Below, piece by piece: positions 24,336 through 35,967 of a stretch of 64,000 nucleotides of DNA (position 1 is its first letter; every line of letters begins with the position of its first letter). This stretch comes from Nemertoderma westbladi (Eukaryota > Animalia > Xenacoelomorpha). The translations under genes were made by a program, and so were the position numbers. Location of the stretch: assembly GCA_032718475.1 (NCBI GenBank), contig JAUCBJ010007985.1:1-64000 (forward strand), given 5' to 3'. Under the pieces are notes generated by a model, which was not told where the DNA came from, searched no databases, and saw only the letters and a list, made by a program, of their open reading frames with translations.

Positions 24336-26823
24336 CACTTTGTAAAACTCTTACTTTTGTAAAATTAGTTTATTCGGTTTCTTGTTGAAACTTTATTTGA
24401 TAAATCCTTTTGTAAAACTGTAAATATACTGCAAATTCCTGACATGTTTTCTTTTGGTCCAACTTCGGGACAGCCGAACATCAGGGAGATGGCAGCCTAG
24501 ACCGTTAGGCCGTAAGCAACGCAGGGAAGGGATGTCCACAACACGCTAGCGCCCACATTGGATCGACCGCGCACCCCCTTTGCTCCTTCGAAATACTCCA
24601 CTTGCTATGCAGCGCCCGCTTCGTGAGAAGGTAAGACTTTGTTCGACGCCCTTGCCCGCCGTAAGACCTATAGATCAGGGTAAGCGTGACACCGTACTGG
24701 ACGCCGCAAATTTAGGATCAAATAATTATATCCAGACACCCCCCCTTTGTCAAGTCCTACGAATCCCTGGGTTAACCTGTACTTCCTACAGGTGCGAACT
24801 ATTGCCATTCGTCAGTACGCGAGTACACATTAGGTACGGACAGCATACGTTCCATAATTTAGTGATTCATAGCACTGACTGTTTGGTACCGGTTCGCTTT
24901 GTAGAACGTACATTAGTACCCCCCCCCCCCCCCCCCCCCTGTCTGGAGTTAGCTATTTGATCAGGCAAGGAGTATTTCTGCTACCGGCACACTGCTTGGC
25001 CTAGGGAGGTTTATTAATATCCTACCGCGCCTTGCCACGTACTGATAGGTATTGCTGCTAACTACCGCAGCAACAAAGTTCTAGAATTAAATTAGTATAC
25101 CAGATCAGCTAACGTACGGTAGCGATTAACCCCTATTCTTATCTTACAACCAGAATCTGGTATTAGTGCCGATCACGGGTGTAGTTACTAACACTGTGGT
25201 TGCCCATTGGGTTGTGGATAGGAAGGAGAGAGCTTTGACGTCATTCGTGAGTATAAAGTTCTACAAACGCGACTAGTTTATTTTAGTAGCTAGCGCACGG
25301 TATCATTTTAGTCAGAAAATCACTAAAACCTAGTAAAAGGAATTACACGAAATTGTTTTATTCGTAACACACCCACACACACACGCCCTAAAACATATTG
25401 CCCTTAAAGTTCTACTAGCTATAGCGCACTATACATTACTTTAGGTGGAAATTGTCTGTATTTGTAAAATTAGGATCTGATTTAGTTGTGGCGATAAGGA
25501 GTATTTCACTTTCGTTATTAAACTGTTGTGTTGTCCAGCAGTTATTGTTACATTTAGGCTTGACCCTTTAGACTGATTTCGTACAGGGGGATCAGTTATT
25601 GTTACGTTTAGGTACGACCCCTTTTCGACTGATTTAGGACTGTCAGTGTTGTTACGCTAGGTCTGTTAACCCACTAGCTCGTATATAAACCATATAAATC
25701 ACACCGCGGCAAGTTACTGTATTTAGGACTGTCAGTGTTAGTTAGGATTCGCTGCGCGGGGATTGTTTTCCCGTGAGTTTGGTCTGTTACGGTAACTGTA
25801 CATCTGCCTCACCGGTTAGAGGACAGGTATCCTTCTGTCTAGTACGTAGGCATTAGACCCGCTCACGTACATAGAATAGATACTAGGCTCTGTTCCTCGC
25901 CAGTAGTCGTTTGTGTACTATATCTGTTTGTTTAGATATCCTGGACTGGGATTTGTTGTCAGATACTGTACAAGCCCGTATACATTACTAGAGTCTCATA
26001 GTAAGATACATCGTTACTAGGATCTGGTAAGCGGTATACTACTGGACCCTTACAGTAGGAAGTATTTTATATAAATTAGTATAGTACTTCTATCATAGTG
26101 CATAGTATTCCTACCTTACAGTAGGAAGTATTATTTCCTTTAGTTTAGAATTGTTAGCTATTGTAAGTAGGAGATATTTAAAAATTAAGGTTAGTAAATT
26201 TAGTAATTTAGAACGTCCCCTGCTTCAGTAGGCTTTTAGGGTAGCTAGTACTTTCGTATTTAATCTTTGACTAGCTAACAGTTAGTTTGTAGCACTTTGT
26301 TTTACGCCGTGTGTGTGCGGTGTTACTTTTCGGTACTTGAAAAGGTACATAGGGTTTAAAGACCAATTTGTATCGGTACCTAGGAAGATTTTTCGTAAGC
26401 GTAGAAGTAAAACTCTCACCTTCGACCTTTTCAGGACTCAAGGACTCATTTCTGGACCGCTTCGAGGATTAGACCGCTTTTCGCAAAGTTTGGGAGACAA
26501 TAAATTCGTCCGCGCCGCCGAAAAACGGAAAGACCCACGTCCGGTTTGTATTTGGGAATTTGTACGACTGGAAGATCAAAGGAACGTAAGTTTTACGACT
26601 CGCGTCGTTCAAACTTAAGAAAGCACAGTAGTACTTAAAATTTGTGGGTTTCACTGTCTATTAGTAGTGTTGTTGGTACTTATTTTCCCGTTAGACGTTG
26701 CTGTTTGGCCTATTGTTTATACTTGTTGATCTACATTTTGTTAACGTATACCGTTATCTCACTTATTCGTACAAATTTAGCCGGTAGGCTAGATTACTAC
26801 TTATTTTATTATATACTTTGTTA

Positions 26824-27100
26824 GTTTATTTGTACCGGTTAGGGTATATATATGATATATATATATATATCAAGGTAAGTTTGACATTTGTACATTTCGA
26901 CATTTTGACATTTCGACATTCTGACTTGTTGATTTATTTGTACCGGTTAGGGTATATATATGATATATATATATATATCAAGGTAAGTTTGACATTTGTA
27001 CATTTCGACATTTTGACATTTCGACATTCTGACTTGTTGATTTATTTGTACCGGTTAGGTAAGTTTGACACTTCAACATTCAGACACTTTGACATTTTAT
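26824..27100 (+). repeat. About 109-bp tandem duplication in element C 5' leader
   Basis: TTTATTTGTACCGGTTAGG... occurs three times with internal GACATTT repeats. Confidence 0.85.
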
Positions 27101-27356
27101 TATCCGTACTTGACGTATATAATAAGACATGAGTGACACACCCCATTCGACGAGATACCCACCTACCGACTATGACTCGTGCGACCCGGACAGATCGACA
27201 GTAGACGAACCGAGAAGGAGAACCCGAGATTCCACCGATGTCACACCGCTTGCGTCGCCGGTACCCTGAACGGAAATACCGGAAGCCGCAACGCGTGGCG
27301 ACGGCAGAATCGAAGATTTCCTTACCGTCCCGCAGACTAGATCGCGGGAACCGGAC

Positions 27357-30300
27357 ATGGTAAGTTCGACTGGAAGCCAGGAGAACGTTATTAGAAGTAT
27401 AGGAGGACACATGGCCCAGATTACTCGAAACCTCGGAGAAGGTTTTCGCGTTTTACACGAGTTAACCGCCCCGATGTCGAGATACGAGTTCTACACCTTA
27501 CAGGTAAGGATAGAAAGTAGGGTACATGCCTCCGTAGATAAACTTAAAGGTTTACACGAACTTGCAGAGTTGCGTGGCGACAACTTTACTCAGGTAAAGA
27601 TAGTAGATAAATTAGTAAGTGCGAGAGAAAGCATTATCCAGTTTAAGTCAGTAATAAGATTGGCTCAACAGGAGCAGTTTGACCAACTGCTAGGTGAGTC
27701 AGTTTCGGACGCGTTGTTACAACCCGAAGAGGAAGAAGAACTCTACTGCCTGGACGGAAGGTTGGAAACGCTCACCAATTTTCTTCGTAGATGCGGCGTA
27801 CCGATCGACGAACCGGAAGTCGAACCGCGAGGGACGACGGAAGTTCTCACTACGGAAGGCTCGCGAGCCTACCAACATCCACCACTGGATAGATCGTTCG
27901 TTAGCGTACGGAGCGACGTTGGCAACGTTGGCGACGTTAGTAGAACAGCGTCAGGAATTACTCGACAACAACAGGAGGTTGCACGCCGACAACAAGTCGC
28001 CGAGGAAGAAGCGCAACTACAGATGGCACAGATCGCCATCGAAGGAGAAAAACAGCGCAGAGAGGATGTAGCGAAACTTGCGAAACTTCAAGCACAGGCT
28101 GAGTTCGAAGCATCAGAGATGCGGAGACTGGAGGAGGACTTAGCGCGAGAAGCGGCCGCGGCGGCAGCAGCTGACGAGCTAGCACGACAGGCAGCGGCGG
28201 CAGCCGACGAGTTAGCACGAGTTGCGGCGGTAAACGCAGCTGAGTTAGCACGGAAGAAAGCAGCATCCGACGCTCGTGCCAAGTTGGAGGCGCGACAAAT
28301 AAACGCTCGTTTAGCGATACAGGAAGCGGAGTTAGCGGCACAACAACAGGAAGCAGATCGACGCGAAAGAGAGATGCAGCTACAGTTCGAACTGAATCGT
28401 AGATCGCGCGAGGCAGCGAACGCGCAAGCGGACCTCGAACTCGACGCGAGAGATAGATCTATAAGGTCTCGAACTGGACACGACTTGTCTGCCCTGGATC
28501 GCATGGAGACTCGATATCGCGGAATCCAGAAGCGAATCGAGGAAGGAAGTGTGGGAGCGATAGATCGAGGAGAGGAGTTCGTCGAGGATTACTGTAAACG
28601 TTTTCCCCAAGTTATTCCTATGCTCAAACCCACGACTCCGATAAAACCGGTCTTTGTTACGAAACCTAAGGAAATAACGCCTGTGCGTTCGACGCAAGGC
28701 AACAGGTTTGTTGTGACGGAAATACCGCAACCTAGGGCGACTTCATCGCCAATTTTAGCAGGTAACATAACTAGTCCACCTACAGTAAGTCGTAGTTTAC
28801 TTGTGGAGAGAGACGAACCTGCGTTTATGACAGTAAAACAGGTGAGTAAACCATTGCAAGTTAAACCTGTGACGTGCTGCACGAACCCAGTCATTTATAA
28901 ACCTACAGTAGAACTTAACTCAGATGTTTTTACTAGACCTCTCACCCAATGTTTAACGAGACCTACGACTTCGTGGAAGGCTTGCGAGCCTACCGAACAA
29001 CGAGGAGCCGTAGATCCCAGACCACGACGAACTCGACCAAGAATAATATGCCGGACGCGAACCCGCCAACCACCTTATCCGGACGACAGCGATTCATCCA
29101 GTGACTCGGAGTCGACGGAACGGGAAATATTCCGTACTGGAGCGGCAGCGGCAGCGGCAGCGGATTACAAACGGGAGGAACGATCGACGAACCCCTATAT
29201 CGACAATCCTCCACGAGAAACACCCCAACAGAAACCCACGTTGAAACCAGCGGAAACGATCAGCGCCAAACAGTTCACCGAGATGACGGACAGAATAGCT
29301 CAACTCGAAGAGCGACTCGAAGCGCAACCGTCGGATCGATCACGAACCAGCGTGGAGTTGGAACAACCTAGACAACATCGACCACCGAGGAGAGAACAGG
29401 AGACTAGACGGACTCCGACACATCGAGAAGAAGATCCCGTTAATAATTCCTACCGACGAACAACGCGCGGAAGGGAGCGACTGGACGACGCCGCCGAACA
29501 GGGACGCGGACAGTTGGATTTGGTTAGCGAGATTGCGAAATTCGCGGCTAGACACGGATTACCGGCACAGCAACCGCCGAAGTTCTCTGGCAACGCGAAA
29601 CACTGGCGCACACTGGTAGACTACGTAGAGTCCCAGATCGCTAAGTGTGCTTTCACGTCGACGGAGAAGTTTAACTACTTGCTCCAAGTCCTGTCTGGTG
29701 AGCCGAAACGATTAGCGGAAACCTTTATTGGTGTTCCCGATGCCTTTGAGTTGGCGTACGACCGTTTATATTCGATTTACGGAGGTAATGTCGCCATGGC
29801 TAAATCCATTATAGAAGACCTCTGCAGAGGAGGCAACATTTCGAGACCGATCGACCTTTTACGACTCGCGGACGAAATAAAGAACGCTATAGGGACTTTA
29901 CGGTCCATTGGACAACTCGAGTACGCTAACGCACCGACGGTTCTCATTCGAATAATCGGTCGACTTCATCATCGACTACGACGAGAATGGCGACGCATCG
30001 AGTACCAGCGCGAAGAGGCCCGAGGGTTATTAAAACTCACCGATGTCTATCAACTTATTTCACGGGAGGCCGTGATCGAGACTCGATCGAACTATACCGA
30101 TCACCATATCGCGGCGGAAGGGATAACTGTTTCTGCGCCGACTCGGACAAAACCGTTTCCGACGAACGCGAAAGCCGTTACTTACGCCACCCCTACTGAG
30201 ACTTCTAAAGTTCTGACGCCTATCGGCACCACGCAGCCACGACAACAGTTGCCGGCGGACTTTGTGGGATGCTCATACTGCGAGCGGAACGGCAGAAACC

Positions 30301-33300
30301 ATAGCGGACATAAACTACGTGGATGTCGCGCTTTTAAAGAGTTAGGGATCGAGGAAAGGAGACTCCAAATCCGATCTCTAGATTCCTGTTGGAGATGTAT
30401 GAAGCCAGGACACGTCCGGAAGGATTGCCCGAGCGACGATACATGTTCTCTGTGTGGACGTAACCATGACGCGTTGCTTCACACAACCAGTCATACTCCG
30501 ACCAGACGCTTTCGACGAGAGCATCCAGATAAAGCGGCTAGATGCGACGCGCTTTATAAGGAGCGTGCGCCGCGCGAGATCCGTACCTTTTATACCGACT
30601 GTATGGATCAGTCAGGATCATCGGACGAGGACGAGGAGGAAGACGACACTTTCTACGTGCATGCAGGTGAGGAACAGCCATCGATAACGCTCCTCACACA
30701 GAACCAATTGAAAGGGTTTAGCGTGATTCCTATAAAGATTACCGGAACCCGAGGGAGCAAGCGTATATACGCCATCTTAGACTCTGCGTTATCGCATAGC
30801 TATGTCGACGAACAAGTAGCCGACGTAGTTACGGACATGAGTCAAGGTAAGACTGCTCAGTATACTGTAAGCAGCATGCATGGTAAGAGAGCGATCCCTG
30901 TGACAAGAGTAAAACTAACTTTAGACACTCTTCTTTCCAAAGCGGAACACAGCAAGGAGGAGCGCTCATTACTTCCGGTAAGAAATTTGACCTTTGCAGC
31001 TACGAAGGACTTTAGTAACTTGCTCGGCCCTGTGCCAGAGCAATCACCGGAAGATCGTAAGTATTTCCGACACCTTGGAATACCGGAATGTCCTGTTAAT
31101 TATCGTTCTATTGCGATGTTAATTGGGACAGACCAGTTTAACTTACATCAGGTATGGGAGACACGCCCATCTGTTATTACAGCGGGCAACCCCTACGCAT
31201 GTAGAACTCCCATAGGTTGGTATACTAGAGCACCAATACGTTCACTAGAGGTAAGTGACCAGGAGGACGACGTTTTGAGTACGTGTAGTTTATTGACTAA
31301 CACGATAGATTATTCTCCTTCACACTCCCGTGGTCCAATTGTACGGACGGCACTACGACAGACTTGCGTCACTAACGCAGACGCCACCGATACTGACGTA
31401 ACCGATCTGGACACGACCATACGGACCTCTGACTTACAACTACTTGCAGTAGACCAGGTTGTATTGACTACTGAAGACCTGAGGGTTGTTGCTGTGGATG
31501 ACTCGATGAACGAGGATTTTGGAAGGCTTGCGAGCCTACCGAAAAATCCAAAGGTCATTGACCCCACCCACCAGGCTTCGACACCGGTCGTTGATCTTGG
31601 AAGGCTTGCGAGCCTACCGATAGATCAAGAAGTTGTCAAACCGCCGCACGACAATTTGGCGCCGACTAGTGACACCGGAAGGCTTGCGAGCCTACCAGAC
31701 GCATTGACACTAGCCACCGCAGTGGACGAAGACGTGGACGAGGACCATGGCGCAGTGCAAGCAGCGCTTGACCGACTGCTGACTGAACGGACCATACAAT
31801 GGTTGGAACAGGACTCAGCAGAACCCGGTAGTTACGAGACCGCTATGTCAGAACAGGAAAAACGGTCATTAAATATTATGAGAGATACCATTCGCCAGAC
31901 CGCGAATGGCCACTATGAGGTTGGTATGTTGTGGCGCAATGGACAACCTAAGCTCGTTAACAATTACCCGCTTGCTTTGAGGCGACTCAAATCAATAAGG
32001 CAGCGATTGTTGCGAGACGAGACGGCCCATATGCAATACAATGCACAACTTCAGACGTATCTCCAAAAGGGATACGCCATTAGGATGTTAAATCCTGAGG
32101 TAACCACAGACCAGACATATTACCTGCCACATCATTTTGTTCGACACCCGGACAAACCTGGCAAGGTGCGTGTAGTCAACGACTGCGCTGCGCTTTACCA
32201 AGGGATGTCTATGAATAGCGAACTGATGGACGGGCCGAATATGAATAATTACCTCATGGGAGTCCTAATGCGTTTTAGACAACGCAAAGTGGCTTTCACC
32301 TGTGACGTAGAGGCCATGTTTCACCAGGTTAAGGCTTTGGAGCGGGACAGGGACAGTTTGAGGTTTCTTTGGTATCCGGACGGAAACTTACAACTTCCGC
32401 CAGAAACTTACCAAATGCAGGTAAGAGTATTCGGAGCCAGGGACAGCCCCAACTGCACCATGTACGCCTTGAAGCAGACAGCATTAGACAGACGAGACCA
32501 ATTTGACCCAGAAGTAGTTCGGACCGTGGAACGAGATTTCTACGTGGATGACGGCCTCAAGAGTTGTGACACCTTGGAGCGCGCTACAACCGTAGCACAC
32601 CAACTCCAGGATTGTCTCGCTGAGGGCGGATTTCACCTGACGAAGTTCGCTTCCAACGAACCCGAACTGGTGAACTCATTTGACCCGATGGACCGTAGCG
32701 GAGGTGACTTGGACTTAGACCTAGAACCTCTGCCGACGACCAAAGTATTAGGACTTAGTTGGGACCCTAACACCGACAATTTTAGGGTACGTGTAAGGTC
32801 CAACGACCAGACTAGACCTCTCACTAAGAGAACTTGCTTATCGACCATGAGTCGATTGTATGACCCATTGTGTTTCATTAGTCCAGTGATCCTGCATGCT
32901 AGGATCATACTCCGCAGCATTTGGCAAGCCGGACTGGAATGGGACGATCCCATCCCAGAAAAGTTAGCTGAGCGATGGAGGGACTGGGAAGCCCAACTGA
33001 CGTTCCTACAAGACTATACCATACCGAGGGTATACTTTCCTTTGCAAACCACCTTTCCTGCCGATTTAGAGCTTCACAGCTTTAGTGACGCTAGCAAGGA
33101 TGGATTGGGGGTTACCTTATACCTTAGACGACAAGTGACATCGGACAGCTACGATGTATCTCTCGTTACTTCAAGGGCTAGAACAATGCCATTGAAGTAT
33201 ATGACTGTACCTCGTGGGGAGCTGCAAGCCGGGACGATATCCACCGATATTGTCAGTCTAGTTCAACGCGAGCTGGAGGCTAACTTGAAGGTCACATATT

Positions 33301-33440
33301 GGACGGATGCGACGTTGGTACTTTGGTACATAAACAACGAAACATTCGAGTTCAAGACTTTCGTAGCCAACAGACGGGCTGAAATATTAGACCGGTCGCT
33401 CAAACAAGATTGGCTGTCCAGGGAAGCTGAACCCAGCTGA
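27357..33440 (+). CDS. Element C gag-pol part 1 (Gag with 3 zinc knuckles, protease, RT, RNase H); frameshifted near 33413
   Basis: 2027 aa. PPKFSG, EKFNYL, CSYC/CWRC/CSLC knuckles, ILDSA, YYLPHH, FYVDDG, HSFSDAS, YWTD. Confidence 0.93.
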   Translation: MVSSTGSQENVIRSIGGHMAQITRNLGEGFRVLHELTAPMSRYEFYTLQVRIESRVHASVDKLKGLHELAELRGDNFTQVKIVDKLVSARESIIQFKSVIRLAQQEQFDQLLGESVSDALLQPEEEEELYCLDGRLETLTNFLRRCGVPIDEPEVEPRGTTEVLTTEGSRAYQHPPLDRSFVSVRSDVGNVGDVSRTASGITRQQQEVARRQQVAEEEAQLQMAQIAIEGEKQRREDVAKLAKLQAQAEFEASEMRRLEEDLAREAAAAAAADELARQAAAAADELARVAAVNAAELARKKAASDARAKLEARQINARLAIQEAELAAQQQEADRREREMQLQFELNRRSREAANAQADLELDARDRSIRSRTGHDLSALDRMETRYRGIQKRIEEGSVGAIDRGEEFVEDYCKRFPQVIPMLKPTTPIKPVFVTKPKEITPVRSTQGNRFVVTEIPQPRATSSPILAGNITSPPTVSRSLLVERDEPAFMTVKQVSKPLQVKPVTCCTNPVIYKPTVELNSDVFTRPLTQCLTRPTTSWKACEPTEQRGAVDPRPRRTRPRIICRTRTRQPPYPDDSDSSSDSESTEREIFRTGAAAAAAADYKREERSTNPYIDNPPRETPQQKPTLKPAETISAKQFTEMTDRIAQLEERLEAQPSDRSRTSVELEQPRQHRPPRREQETRRTPTHREEDPVNNSYRRTTRGRERLDDAAEQGRGQLDLVSEIAKFAARHGLPAQQPPKFSGNAKHWRTLVDYVESQIAKCAFTSTEKFNYLLQVLSGEPKRLAETFIGVPDAFELAYDRLYSIYGGNVAMAKSIIEDLCRGGNISRPIDLLRLADEIKNAIGTLRSIGQLEYANAPTVLIRIIGRLHHRLRREWRRIEYQREEARGLLKLTDVYQLISREAVIETRSNYTDHHIAAEGITVSAPTRTKPFPTNAKAVTYATPTETSKVLTPIGTTQPRQQLPADFVGCSYCERNGRNHSGHKLRGCRAFKELGIEERRLQIRSLDSCWRCMKPGHVRKDCPSDDTCSLCGRNHDALLHTTSHTPTRRFRREHPDKAARCDALYKERAPREIRTFYTDCMDQSGSSDEDEEEDDTFYVHAGEEQPSITLLTQNQLKGFSVIPIKITGTRGSKRIYAILDSALSHSYVDEQVADVVTDMSQGKTAQYTVSSMHGKRAIPVTRVKLTLDTLLSKAEHSKEERSLLPVRNLTFAATKDFSNLLGPVPEQSPEDRKYFRHLGIPECPVNYRSIAMLIGTDQFNLHQVWETRPSVITAGNPYACRTPIGWYTRAPIRSLEVSDQEDDVLSTCSLLTNTIDYSPSHSRGPIVRTALRQTCVTNADATDTDVTDLDTTIRTSDLQLLAVDQVVLTTEDLRVVAVDDSMNEDFGRLASLPKNPKVIDPTHQASTPVVDLGRLASLPIDQEVVKPPHDNLAPTSDTGRLASLPDALTLATAVDEDVDEDHGAVQAALDRLLTERTIQWLEQDSAEPGSYETAMSEQEKRSLNIMRDTIRQTANGHYEVGMLWRNGQPKLVNNYPLALRRLKSIRQRLLRDETAHMQYNAQLQTYLQKGYAIRMLNPEVTTDQTYYLPHHFVRHPDKPGKVRVVNDCAALYQGMSMNSELMDGPNMNNYLMGVLMRFRQRKVAFTCDVEAMFHQVKALERDRDSLRFLWYPDGNLQLPPETYQMQVRVFGARDSPNCTMYALKQTALDRRDQFDPEVVRTVERDFYVDDGLKSCDTLERATTVAHQLQDCLAEGGFHLTKFASNEPELVNSFDPMDRSGGDLDLDLEPLPTTKVLGLSWDPNTDNFRVRVRSNDQTRPLTKRTCLSTMSRLYDPLCFISPVILHARIILRSIWQAGLEWDDPIPEKLAERWRDWEAQLTFLQDYTIPRVYFPLQTTFPADLELHSFSDASKDGLGVTLYLRRQVTSDSYDVSLVTSRARTMPLKYMTVPRGELQAGTISTDIVSLVQRELEANLKVTYWTDATLVLWYINNETFEFKTFVANRRAEILDRSLKQDWLSREAEPS

Positions 33441-35967
33441 CATCGCGTCACGGGGGATGCAACCACTCGACTTTTGTAAACCGGACAATAAATCCTTTTG
33501 GTTTAGAGGACCCGATTTCCTACAGCGACCATCAGACGAATGGCCACCGTTATTCGACGCGACAACCAACACCATACCAGAGGGCGCCGAGATAAAACTC
33601 GACAAGGTTGTCAAGTCTAAAGCGAAAGCCAACGCCAAGGTCAAGAGGAAAAAAGGACGGACGAAATCTGATGACCTGGACGCCAGACCTGACATTACGC
33701 CAGACGTCTCGCCAGACACTCGACCAGACGCTTGTACGAATCCTTCGCCGGATGTTCCGCGGGAGATTTCACCAGACGTTTCGCCGGATTGTTCACCAGA
33801 TTACTCGCCAGACTATTCACCAGAAGAGACACCAGATTGTTCTCCGGATTGTTCGCCAGATTGTTTGATGGAACTCTCGACAGAATGTCTACCGGACGTC
33901 TCACCAGACTGTTCACCAGACATCTCGACAGACTGTCCACCAGACTGTCTACCAGACTTTGAACCAGACTTTCTGACGGAAGTTACGCTAGACAGACTTT
34001 GGGACCGACGACAAGACATTTCGCTGGAAGTTCCGCGCTATGTCTCACCAGACGTCTCACCAGACTGTTCACCAGACGCTTCACCAGACTGTCTACTAGA
34101 CACTCCATTAGAAGACCCATTGGAGCGGACTTTTAGAGACGTACCGAATTTGACTTCTTTGGACGACAGTGATGTGGCCACAGGGATTACACTCCGCTCG
34201 AAGAAGGTACTTGACTTACCTACAGGTAAAGTGGTGACTAAGGTTAGGAAGCTTACAGGCTCACAGGAACACACTGACACTGTAGAGTTGAAACCATTAC
34301 TGCCAGTCGACACATTAGGTGCGGACGGCAAAGGTAAGACCGTAGAGATTGACGTACTTGGGGACTCAGACAAACCTACCGGAAGGCCCGTGGGCCTACC
34401 AAGTCCAGACAAGTATCTACACTACGACTACACCTTACCCGATGACGTCACTAACACTTACGTTGACAGGATAGTGAACCTAACTAGATCATGGACTGAC
34501 GCGTGCCGCAAGTTAGCATGGCTCAAACGATTGAGACAATATGCCAGAGGCAAACGCGACTTTCCTAGAAGACTTACCTTAAAGGAAATTGACCACTGTG
34601 AAGTTGATATCATTCGACATTATCAATTGCGATATTTCGCACGAGAGTTCACAGCGATCAAACAAGGTAAACAGATTAAGTCTTCACCGATTTTGAGTTG
34701 GAGTCCGATTATTTACCGGGGCTTACTTTGTCACAAGTCCAGACTCCAAAACATCGACTTTGCACTTGACTTCAGGTATCCTATCATCATACCGCAACAC
34801 CATGAGTTACAACGCGCTATGATACTGGACGCACATGTACAACTCAAACACGTAGGTAGACACCACTGTCTATCACACTTACGCTCGAGGTTTGTACTGA
34901 TTAGACCTAGTAAGGCACTGAGTTCAGTAACACGGAACTGTATTATTTGTAAGAAGGTGCACGCGAGGATAGGACACCAAGAAATGAGTGAACTACCACT
35001 AGCAAGATTACAGGCGTTTAGACCCCCTTTCACTGAGACAGGGATAGACTGTTTTGGACCCATAATCGCGAAACGCGGAAGGGTACAGGTAAAACGTTGG
35101 GGATTGATCTTCACCTGCATGGCCAGCAGAGCTGTCCATATAGAGCGAGTGACAGACTTGTCCACCAATGCCTTTATCCTAGCCTTACGGCGATTTATCG
35201 CTAGACGTGGATTGGTCAAATCCATATACTGCGACCAAGGGACAAACTTTGTGGGTGCACGGAACGAGATAACCAGAGCTTTGAGAAAATTGGACCAAAA
35301 CCAGATTTCCGAGGAACTACGTCCTCACCGTATTGTTTGGTTTTTCAATACTCCAGACAGTCCGTGGAGAGGCGGCGTTTGGGAAAGGCTGATTGGCTCA
35401 ATAAAGACAGCTATGGCTAAAGTCGTACCGACGCAACACATCTTGACAGACGACCAACTGACGACGTTACTAATAGAAATCGAAGCAATCTTAAATACCA
35501 GACCGATCGCTTTGATCCCAGACAATAACGACGTACAGTTTGCCTTGACACCAGCGCACCTGCTTATGCAGGCGCCGACGACACTGTTGCCCATTTCGGT
35601 ACCCGTTGATAGTGACGGATACGGCAACAAGGCTTGGAAAATCACTCAATTGCTTGCAAATAAATTCTGGGAAATATGGCAGAAATATTATTTGCCCTCT
35701 ATTTCGACCAGAACCTCTTGGTATCTAAATACCCGGTGTTTAAGACGTGGTGACCATGTCTTATTGGCTGAAGCTAATCTGAGAAGACGGTTTTGGCTGA
35801 CTGGAGTCATTTTGACCACGCACCCTACATCTGGTGTAGTGAGAACAGTTACTGTACGGACTATCGACGGTCGTACCATAGACAGACCTGTACAACGTCT
35901 CGTACTCCTTGAGGAGACTAGAAACGAGACGGGAGACTACAAATCTCCACCCAATATTAGTAAATAG
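33415..35967 (+). CDS. Element C pol part 2 (RNase H end, SPDx repeat linker, integrase)
   Basis: Frame reads CPGKLNPADIASRG upstream of the listed ATG; also H..H..CIIC, GIDCFGP, CDQGTNFVG, GGVWERLI. Confidence 0.92.
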   Translation, partial: CPGKLNPADIASRGMQPLDFCKPDNKSFWFRGPDFLQRPSDEWPPLFDATTNTIPEGAEIKLDKVVKSKAKANAKVKRKKGRTKSDDLDARPDITPDVSPDTRPDACTNPSPDVPREISPDVSPDCSPDYSPDYSPEETPDCSPDCSPDCLMELSTECLPDVSPDCSPDISTDCPPDCLPDFEPDFLTEVTLDRLWDRRQDISLEVPRYVSPDVSPDCSPDASPDCLLDTPLEDPLERTFRDVPNLTSLDDSDVATGITLRSKKVLDLPTGKVVTKVRKLTGSQEHTDTVELKPLLPVDTLGADGKGKTVEIDVLGDSDKPTGRPVGLPSPDKYLHYDYTLPDDVTNTYVDRIVNLTRSWTDACRKLAWLKRLRQYARGKRDFPRRLTLKEIDHCEVDIIRHYQLRYFAREFTAIKQGKQIKSSPILSWSPIIYRGLLCHKSRLQNIDFALDFRYPIIIPQHHELQRAMILDAHVQLKHVGRHHCLSHLRSRFVLIRPSKALSSVTRNCIICKKVHARIGHQEMSELPLARLQAFRPPFTETGIDCFGPIIAKRGRVQVKRWGLIFTCMASRAVHIERVTDLSTNAFILALRRFIARRGLVKSIYCDQGTNFVGARNEITRALRKLDQNQISEELRPHRIVWFFNTPDSPWRGGVWERLIGSIKTAMAKVVPTQHILTDDQLTTLLIEIEAILNTRPIALIPDNNDVQFALTPAHLLMQAPTTLLPISVPVDSDGYGNKAWKITQLLANKFWEIWQKYYLPSISTRTSWYLNTRCLRRGDHVLLAEANLRRRFWLTGVILTTHPTSGVVRTVTVRTIDGRTIDRPVQRLVLLEETRNETGDYKSPPNISK

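Larger units (their letters stand above)
23784..26054 (+). repeat. Element C 5' LTR (2271 bp)
   Basis: Matches 37745-40015 with about 5 substitutions, one 1-bp indel and a poly-C length difference. Confidence 0.97.
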
